A model generated the notes under the pieces. That model was given only the letters and a program-made list of their open reading frames with translations. It made no database searches and was not told the origin of the DNA. The position numbers and the translations under genes are program-made. From NCBI RefSeq assembly GCF_001194135.2, contig NC_068981.1, forward strand, positions 56,761,855 through 56,824,461: DNA of 62,607 nucleotides. The letters run 5' to 3'. The DNA is from Octopus bimaculoides (lineage: Eukaryota). Shown in pieces: positions 53,892-62,607 of this stretch; within the stretch, counting starts at the first letter, position 1, and every line of letters starts with the position of its first letter.

Positions 53892-53955
53892 GTATGTGTG
53901 TGTGTGTGTGTCAACATGTGACTGTGTGTGAATGTATGTGTGTGCGCGCGCGCAG
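53775..53955. repeat. (TG)n microsatellite
   Basis: Read directly. Confidence 0.95.
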
Positions 53956-53974
53956 GCGACATGTATACGTCACA

Positions 53975-54430
53975 GGATTTCGAAAATTAGTGTTACTTAT
54001 CGGAAACTCGAGAAGTATGTCAGTCCGGATTGGAATATTACAAGAAACACATTTCCCTGTGTATGAGGCTTTTGTCCTTATGGCTCTACTATATAGGTGC
54101 GAAACGTGGACAACCTACGGGAATCGAATCAAACAGTTGGAGATGCTTCATCAGTATTTGTATGTAACGCATCCTAGGAAGTGGCTTTCAAGACGAAACT
54201 GCTGCCACATCGTTCGAAGGACATTTTTGGCAAGTGTGGATTAATTTGCAACTCCAGTGGAGGCCTGATCAGGATGGTACAATACATGAGGCCGCAACTC
54301 AACCGGTGATGCAAGGAAACAGGCAGTTAGAGTGTTACATTTGCGAGTTTGCAGAACAGAATCTGAGCTAAAGACCCACCTACATGCACATGGTCACGCA
54401 AGGTTCAATGAAGGGATGATACTCATCTGC
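53975..54430 (+). mobile_element. RTE (BovB-like) 3' fragment
   Basis: VYEAFVLMALLYRCETWTTYGNRIKQLEMLHQ and a terminal C..C...L.THLH.H finger. Confidence 0.75.
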
Positions 54431-54864
54431 CAAGAATTAACAATCAGTATTGTTGAACAAATGCTAATAATATTTTATTAATACAGTGACAAACACACAC
54501 ATCCACACACACACACAGATATATATATTTATCTATCTATCTATCTATCTATCTATATATATATATATNNNNNNNNNNATATATATATATATATATATAT
54601 ACGTATACACATACCTTTATCATTCTTTTACAAGAAGAATAGTGACAGTGACTTCGAAGTTCCGCCCTGCTAGCCTTCATCGGTCGAAACTTCTTCGCGG
54701 TTGCAGTCACCACTTCTAAAAGTACAATTATATATTATGTTTATGTAGAAGTTTTGCAAGATTCTTGATGTGAAATCGTTTGTTGAAACAGGTATTGATA
54801 TACTTGAGGGTGGATGTATTTTGTCAATTAAACACATGCACTTTATATTTGGTCTTCACTTCAG

Positions 54865-54901
<37 letters not shown>

Positions 54902-55231
54902 GTTGTTGTTGTTGTTGTTGTTGTTTCTTTGTCAAAGCTGTTTTGTCGCACATCCTGTAACCTCTTCAGCAACTCTTTATCCAACGTGTCTCCTCTTGAT
55001 CTGCTTATTCCATTTTGTCTTTCTGTGATACATATCCTTATTTGCGCATGCATTTGCGCTCGTATCTGTGTGTGTATGTGTGCGTGTGCGTGTTTGTGTA
55101 TGTGTGTGTGCGCGCACGCATGTACGTGTGTCTGTGTTTAGTAGGTGTGCTTTGTGTGTGTGTATATAGGCTCGCTTGCTGCGCTGTTTGTACCCGTGTC
55201 TTTTATTTATTTATTTATTTTATTATTTGTC

Positions 55232-55533
55232 TATTACCCTGCGCGCGTAAGCGAATGCAGGGTAATGTAATCACTCGTCTTTGTCAGTTTGCAAAATTAC
55301 TGGAAAACGGTTGAACGGATTTTCACCTCATTTGCCAGAAATACTCATTGGGTAAGTGGATCGAAATGATAAACTTTTGGTTTGATTATCTTTAAATTTT
55401 TTTTAAAAATAGAATTTACAAATTTCCCGATAAGCAAGTGGTCATATTATTTTGTTCACTTTCTTTTTCATATGAATCGACCCAAGTTTGCGTGTGTATA
55501 GATCATGCGCGTAGACAGGTGTGGGTACATACA

Positions 55534-55564
<31 letters not shown>

Positions 55565-55798
55565 GTGACTCTGTGTGTGTGCGCGCGCGTTAGCACGTGT
55601 CTATGGGAGAGCGCGCGCGTATGTGTGTGTGTACACTAAAGGATTCGAAGGTTTCGTTTATTTACGAGTTGATTTCTTAATAAACACGTATAATGGTGAT
55701 ACTTAAAAAAAAAATTCAGTTCAATTAAAAAGCATGGGTAAGTAATTTGCGAAAAAATGCATCGGCGCGCAGGGTATGCATCGCCCCTCCGATGCTTT
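55232..55798 (+). mobile_element. Non-autonomous Helentron (DINE-1/HINE-type)
   Basis: 5' subTIR taccctgcgcg (55235-55245), nearby partial IR gcagggta, internal (CATA)n, 3' subTIR cgcgcagggta (55766-55776) inside the hairpin gcatcgg..ccgatgc, T-rich flanks. Confidence 0.8.
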
Positions 55799-55999
55799 TA
55801 TTTTTCATTTATTTATGTTTCTCATTTTGCCTTTAGTGTGTGTGTGTCTTGAGTGTGCATATATGAGTTTATGCATTATACTGTTTGTATTTATGTCTTT
55901 TTTCATCTTCTTCTGTCTTTAGCCATCAAGTTGCGTAGTGGGGTGTTATTATTTCATTCATGTTTTCTGTTGAGGCTCAGTCTGTCTATTATGTTGTGG

Positions 56000-56225
56000 G
56001 TTGCCTCCGTAATTTGACTAAGTGTCGTGACTGTTCTACGTGTTGATAATATCTAAATATTTTTGTTATTAAGCAGGCCTCCTTGTTCTAATTGAGCTTT
56101 TCTCCTCCTTGAGTTCCTGCCAGTTTTCATCTACCCGTTCACCTATGCTAGGTTCTGTCTCTCCAATGAATGTCGTTGTCCTGTTTCTGCACCGTTCCTC
56201 AGTGTGCCTTATACTATAGACCACT
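56000..56225 (-). mobile_element. Penelope-like GIY-YIG endonuclease fragment
   Basis: VVYSIRHTEERCRNRTTTFIGETEPSIGERVDE..QHVEQSRH. Confidence 0.6.
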
Positions 56226-56254
56226 TAGTAGTTTATAGTATAAAATGCATTTCT

Positions 56255-56650
56255 TAAAATGCGGACATAAAAAACAAATTCCGTTCCTGGAATTTATATA
56301 GTCATTGACGGCTCTCAAGTTCTTTAACAGAAATAGTCTTTCAAAAGAAATATTGAACATCTTTTTGACTCGTTAATGCAGTTTGGTTTTGGAAAGGGTT
56401 TTCCATTTGATGTTCTAGTTGATCCTTTCATTAAAGTTGGAAGGTTAGTTGAATGTCTCTTATAGCAGTACCTAAAAGTCGAAGGATGGCTGTTATTTCT
56501 AGCTGTAAATTTTCCTCCCACTTCTCCGATATAACGCTTGGTTTCTGTTCGACCATTGTCATAGTTCTCTGTTACCTGTGCTTCATAAACAACAGAGGAT
56601 ATATCGCATTTCTGCTCTAGAGGACATTTGATTTGTCTCTACATATGCAT
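56255..56650 (-). mobile_element. Penelope-like GIY-YIG endonuclease fragment, different lineage
   Basis: KCPLEQKCDISSVVYEAQVTE..KRYIGEVGGKFTARNNSH.STF..ST.L..IKWK.L..SKRC. Confidence 0.85.
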
Positions 56651-58779
56651 CCAGGGCAGGCTTGAATTTATAAAGGTCTGTAAGAATAGCTGCTGAACAG
56701 AAACCTACATAATACCATTTCCCTCTTGCATATTTTCCATTTTTTTAAATATTTATTTAACCTTATTTGTTCGTTGGTTCTAAAGGTATTCAATGCACAT
56801 CGTTTAACGTTCCGATTTTCAGACTTTCCACGCTTGTTGATAGTTATCAATCCTCCAAACCAACAAAATATGTACTAGTAGTGTACTGGCATTGATTTCA
56901 GCGATTATACTTCAAAATATGTCATCTTCCATTCGAAAAAATCAATGTATTTATTTAATAACTGGTGTTTCAATTTCAACTTTTCAACTAAAGTTTCTCA
57001 TTAATTGCGTTCAATTAAATACAAATTACCGAATAAATTGTCCTGTAGTTACAATGTATTAAATACTTCCTATTAATCTACTTTCACTGGGAATAGTTTC
57101 TTTAAGAGCGTCTGAAACAAAAACGTATAATTAACTATTAAGTAACCTGCCATGCATGAGTTAGACTAATTGGTTGAGAAATTTGAACTATTATGATTTT
57201 TGTAAAACAATAAACCTTTTCGCTTTTAATGTTCTTTCAATGGCTTAGTTACTAAGCTAATTTGACCAACTGCTGTTTTTAGCTATTATTACAATTGCAA
57301 AACAGCTTCAAACCTATTTCTTGTGTTCGTTATTTGTTTAATGATATAATAATCATTTAACAGAAACAAAGTCGTCTGCCATGGCGAAAAAACAATATTT
57401 TTGAAATGAAGCTCGATAACTTCATTCACTTCACCTAGAGACAGAACATATGACGAATATAATTGCTGCAATCTCGGTCTTCTCATAAATGTCACTTAAA
57501 CGATTTTCTGATGATTTGAACTGTAAACAAAATATTAGATGTATGTGAATATTATGCCTAAAATAGAGTGGTTCTCACAACTATTTTCACTTATTGAAGG
57601 ATACAAACAATTGAATGTATATAATTCCTTATATGCACACACATTTCGAACTTCCATTTTTCACTTGTACCTATATGGATACTAAATGTATCATGTTTAA
57701 CCGAAGCTTAAGAAGAATAAAATTGTTATAAAACTGTCTAGCATGAGTACCATTTGCTATTACCGATGAAAATAACAAACAGTAAAAGACGCGGAGAAAC
57801 TCAAAAATAGAAAATATGGATAGAATTGAATTACCTCAGCCACAAGCACTGAAAGTGCGAATAGAAAGTACTTTTGAATTTATGATATTAAGTAATAAAA
57901 ATATAATCTAAAGAATTAATCTAGAGGGTTGCCTTGGAGTAGAAACTCGCAGAGTCTACAAGAAAATTTATTCAATAAGATTAACCATTAGATTCAACCT
58001 TCATATTAAATTAACGAAATTAATGTTCAGAAATAGCAACAAAACTTGAATAAAGAACTTTACCTGAATGGGGGAAAATTATGGATATTTTCAGAAGCAT
58101 AAATTAATAAAAGGAGATTCAAATATACTGTAGTTCTTATCTCTTACAGAAAATTACAAGAATTAATATTAGCAGTTATCCAAAATAGATCGATTTTAAA
58201 TTAATGTTTTATCATTTCATTGTGCAATTTCCGTTAATGTATTTTAATGTCTTACCTATGTAATTTGGGTGCAAAACTTAATTTGTGCCCTTATTAGTGT
58301 TCAATCTGTTGTAAACATTTGAGCCATTTTTCTGGGGGTTTTTGTTAGTGTATAACTTCTTCCCTTCCTTTCTGGATGAAAGAAAAAGTAAAGCACACAG
58401 ATAATGAGCGCTGACCTTTCCACTTGCAATAATCCATAAAATATATTACAATTTTATAACACACAATTAGTAAATAATAATCAACTGATGCATTTTCAAA
58501 TGTTTCAAAATACACTACTATTAATTACTTTCTGTGGAAACTTTATACTTTACAATCACCATGGATTTGCTTTATTTACATATGTTACTATAAAGAAGAG
58601 ACTAACCGATATTTCTTTACCAAAACCTGCACATTTTCCATTCAACTCACGTTCGGCATGAATAAGCAAAACCATAAATGAGGAAACAATGTAGCTAATA
58701 TTTCCTCGTTTCGAACGTTGATAACTTAGGCGCAGATGCGACAGTAGGCGCATCGTGACTATAGATGCAGACGAGAATG

Positions 58780-59115
58780 CATAGTAAGAAGATTGCTTCG
58801 CAATCACATGACTCACGGTTCAGTTCTATTGCGTGGTACCTTCGGCAAGTGTCTTCTAATACAGCTTCGGGCCGACCAAAACTTTGTCACTGGATATAGT
58901 GGACAAAAACTGAAAGTGCGTCACATATGTATGTGTGCGCACGCATGCATGCTTGTGTGTGTGCGTGTTTCCCACCACTTGACAGCCGGTGCTAGTGTGT
59001 TTCAGTCCCCGTAATGTAAAAATTAGTACTGGGATCGATTCGCTCGCCTAAAATTCTTCAAGGCATTACCCCTGCATGGTCGAAGTCCACTGACTGAAAC
59101 AAGTAAAAGAAAAAT
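58780..59115 (+). mobile_element. SINE family B, decayed
   Basis: cacatgactcacggttcagttc..ggcaagtgtcttcta..gactgaaacaagtaaaag. Confidence 0.85.
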
Positions 59116-59520
59116 GATAAAAGAAAATCTTAAATAATTTCTTATAGGATTTCAGTTTATGAAACTCTGATCCCTATGCAAGCAACGGTTGAATATTTCT
59201 GAAAATATGGATACTATACGGAATAATGGGAGAGAACAAAAGAAAATTCTTGTAGCCTATTTGTACTATGAATCGCTCTACAATATAATTCAGAGCTGCC
59301 TAAATTCCTATGATGTTAGTTTGTGAGCTGAAGGATCGACCGTGCCACACTTTTAGTTACCATATTTTTTTAATACAACATAAACTTAGACCAGCTCCCA
59401 AAAAGTTTTCATAATATTAGATATAACATACTCACATACAAGACCTTTCTGCACCCATATATACACACACACGTTAGTCTACATGGAGCGAAATACATTG
59501 AGTGTTTCGAAAATTATATA

Positions 59521-59549
59521 TAGGCGCAGGAGTAGCTGTGTGGTAAGTA
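59521..59549 (+). mobile_element. SINE family B 5' stub (interrupted)
   Basis: taggcgcaggagtagctgtgtggtaagta equals the first 29 nt of the intact copy at 40313 (1 mismatch). Confidence 0.9.
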
Positions 59550-61729
59550 CCTCTCTTCCATCACTATTGTGTGGACGTGATTTTTTTCGCTGCTGCAGTC
59601 ACGTCGCTGTATACCAACATCGTGAATTATTGAAACACAACTACAAGGTAAGGCATTTGTTTTTTGGGATTCAGTGGGGGTTTGTTGCTCGTGTTTATGT
59701 ATTTTTGTCGAACAATAAATCTCCACTGAGTTCCACGCATTTGTCTGCCTGTAGTTGTGCTTAAAGTCTCACTCAGCAGTGAGAAGTGTGTTTTGGAGAC
59801 GAATGACCTCCTCCAAAAATTGTGAACTTTGTTTTTGTGTTCCTGTTGCTGTGTTCCTGCTACTATTTTGTTGGCCTGGAGTAATGGTGGCCAGAAGATT
59901 GTATGCAATATTTTAATTGTGGAATTTTTTAACCAATTTTTGTTCAATTTATTGGTGAAATTTGTGAAGCTTTATTCTGGTTGCTGTGTTCCTGTTGCTA
60001 TACCAGTTGACCGGAAGATTGAAGTTGCTGTGTTTCGGACTGTTTTCTTTCCTTCTTCCTTCATTGCCTTTTTTTCTATTTGGACTTTTTTGTGCTAACT
60101 CTTCTTCCAAAACATGGCAGAAAAAGCGAACACTGTGTTGGAGTGGGAGATTGTCCCACCCAAAGAGTGGATGAAAGACTTGGAAAAAAGAACGGTGATG
60201 TTGAGGACCTATTCTAGGTCGCTCGGCACCATTGTGCAATTCAATAAAGACACTATTGAAAAACAGTTGGCAGACTACCTGCCAACTGTGAAGTTTTTTC
60301 TCGGGGTCCNNNNNNNNNNNNNNNNNNNNNNNNNNNNNNNNNNNNNNNNNNNNNNNNNNNNNNNNNNNNNNNNNNNNNNNNNNNNNNNNNNNNNNNNNNN
60401 NNNNNNNNNNNNNNNNNNNNNNNNNNGGAGGAAAATAATAAGAGCCTGGGTGTGCGGGCTGCCCCCGAGCATGGAGGCAGGATGGATTGTGAATACCATC
60501 CGGCGAGGCTTGGGGGATAGCGACCCCAGGCTGCTTAATGTGACTGTGGCTCCCGCGGTTAACTGGGAAGGGTCAAATGCAACTTTGACCCTGTGGACCC
60601 CAGTGGCCGCGGAGAAAATGACTTTCCCAGACTTTCTGACAATGGCAGGTTCCAGGTATCCGGTGATCCTTGAGGGTCGCCCCCCCCCCCAAGTGTCACT
60701 CGTGCCTGGAGTCAGGCCATATCAGGAAGAACTGCCCCCAGAGCCGTGGTAAGGCTCTGGAGCAGGAAAAGAGTAAGCTGCCCTCCGCTCTCCCATTGCA
60801 GGGAGGGATGGAGGAAGTCGAGGAGGATAGTGCCTCCACGAAAAGGAAGAGAAAGGTGAGCAGCAACAGTTGCTCACCAAAGAAAGTACAGGAGGCACAG
60901 TCAGCGGAGGAGGATGGCGACCCTCCGTGTCCGCCGACGCTACCTCCTGAAGAATTGAAAAGAAAAGGAGAAAAAAGAGGAGGAGAAGAATGTCGGAGGA
61001 TGTTCCTGGGCCGCCGACAGAAGCACCGGTGGAATGTGTGCCACCGGTGGATGAAGCTCCGTTAGTGGTAAGTGTGCCACTGGCAGAGCAGTCTGAGGTC
61101 CCTTCACGTGAGGAGGAGGGGGAGCTTCTCCTCCTCTTCCACGAGGGGGGGGCCATAGACCGATTTTTGGACGGTTTGTGCGGCCGGGACTGTATGTATT
61201 CGGCTTGCACAGACAGCCCAATGTGGCCTCCGCAGGTGACTGCGGAGGTCATAACAACAAAAATCTTGTCAAACGTTGTGGCGACCTTTGACCAAGTAGA
61301 ATACGTCTCTCTCTCCATATGTCATCTCCTGTCAATGCAGTGTTTTCTGCAGGCGGCAGGACAATTAGTCTGGACGAAGCTAATAATACCTGTGTATTCG
61401 AGGATTTTGAGACACGTTTACTGGGCTAACCATTGGGGGATTTCCTGCAGACAGCAGGGAACTTGCTTGGGGGCCCGGACGAGGAAGATTAACAAGAAAA
61501 AACGTTGTAATTGTTAAATTTGAAAATGTTGAAATGTTATATAATATTATATATTGTAAATTGTATTTTGTAAATTGAACAATGTTTTCGAGGGGTTATC
61601 GGTCGGCGGTCGTCGGTGCCCCTCCCATTTTTTCCATCATTTTAATTTTCATTCATTCATTGATGTAATTGTCCAGCCCGCAGCTACTCCTCTTTGTAAG
61701 ACCGGTTAGATGGTCAATCAGATGAAATA
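59550..61729 (+). mobile_element. ORF1-only non-LTR retroelement (Tx1/L1-like, HAL1-type organisation)
   Basis: About 560-bp 5' UTR with a hairpin and gttgctgtgttcc repeats, a single gag-like ORF, a 240-bp 3' UTR, and a 5-bp TSD aagta (59545-59549, 61730-61734). Confidence 0.75.
60114..61492 (+). pseudogene. ORF1p-like protein: RRM-like segment, CX2CX4HX4C knuckle, basic NLS-like run, acidic C-terminus; three apparent frameshifts and one stop
   Basis: RAWVCGLPPSMEAGWIVNTIRRGLG; YPVILEGRPP/KCHSCLESGHIRKNCP across the C11 run at 60680-60690; KKRRKKRRRR; ends GGPDEED* at 61490-61492 after a shift in the ctctct tract. Confidence 0.75.
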
Positions 61730-61748
61730 AAGTAGCTCGCTTACCAAG

Positions 61749-62213
61749 TTTGTCTTGGCAGTCTACTTCCGGTTACCAATGAAGATAGACGTGTAGCTCA
61801 TAGCTCCGTCTAAGGAACAGAGGACACCGTCAGGGTGAGCGAATTTGCTTTTTTTTTGTGAGCTGGGTATTGATGGATATATCGATGAATAGGAGGTAAA
61901 AAAAAGCCTCGTTACGAGGGTTTGAAACTGCATCTTATAGCATCATTTGTACTGGTTTAAAATCTTAATTGTGCTTCTTTTCGTTTTTTTATGTTAAGTA
62001 AGTGGTTTTAGTGCCTCCTTTTTGTAAGATGTTTGAAACCTCATATTGATGTTTTAAAAAGGAAAATATGATTTCGAGAAAAACCCAATCGGCGGGCGTT
62101 GGGATTCCTCTCTCATTTATTCATCTTATGTCATTTCATTTTCATTCATTAATGTGTTGTCCAGCCCGCAACTACTCTATGTACTGCCTTTATGGCAAAT
62201 AAAATGAGATAAT
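61749..62213 (+). mobile_element. 465-bp non-coding relative of the preceding element, 17-bp TSD
   Basis: Flanked by gtagctcgcttaccaag (61732-61748) and gtagcttacttaccaag (62214-62230). The 3' 140 bp align with 61585-61730. Confidence 0.8.
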
Positions 62214-62585
62214 GTAGCTTACTTACCAAGCGCATGGTTCTGGGTTCAGTCTTACTGAATGGCATCTTGGACAAGTGTTTTCTGCTATAGCTACGGGCCG
62301 AACAAAGCCTTGTGAGTGGATTTGGTAGATGGAAATTGAAAGAAACCCGACGTATATATATATGAATATGCATATGTTTGTGTCTGTTTATCCTCCATCA
62401 TCACTTGACACCCGATGTTGGTGTGTTTACGTCCTCGTAACTTAGCGGTTCGGCAAAAGAGACCGATAGAATAAGTACTAGGCTTAGAACGAATAAATTC
62501 TGGTATCGATTCGCTCAACTAAAGGCGGTGCTCCAGCATGGCCGCAATCAAATGACTGAAACCAGTAACAATAAAAGAATATAAC
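62214..62585 (+). mobile_element. SINE family B, remainder of the interrupted copy
   Basis: Resumes exactly where the stub at 59549 stops (gtagctt.cttaccaa..catggttc.gggttcagtc) and runs to gactgaaaccagtaa. Confidence 0.92.
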
Positions 62586-62607
62586 TTTCCATTCTTCACT
62601 ATATATA

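Noticed and set aside
59627-61318. Minus-strand ORFs over the ORF1-only element
   Set aside because: Antisense shadows of a GC-richer coding region with no domain signal.

Overview
AT-rich, intron/intergenic-type metazoan DNA. The repeat families and microsatellite-flanked N gaps point to a cephalopod, most likely Octopus (recognition from memory, not a search). No host gene could be named; only low-confidence candidate exons are offered. The window is a mosaic of microsatellites, two tRNA-headed SINE families, three mariner lineages, a Chapaev-like transposase end, a 934-bp inverted-repeat element with an 8-bp TSD and a telomere-like core, a Helentron-type element, and fragments of CRE, R4/Dong, RTE, CR1 and Penelope-like retrotransposons. 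Two loci stand out. (1) 59.5-62.6 kb: one SINE is split inside its tRNA-like head by two related retroelements inserted in tandem at the same site. One is a 2.2-kb ORF1-only (RRM-like plus CCHC knuckle, no RT or endonuclease) element and the other a 465-bp non-coding element. They share 5' and 3' hairpins whose stems differ while the 3' loop is conserved. (2) 36.0-36.9 kb: a head-to-head pair of a tRNA-headed, (AAT)n-containing element whose 3' module holds a Penelope-type minimal hammerhead ribozyme, with an R4/Dong 3' end inserted in its AAT tract.
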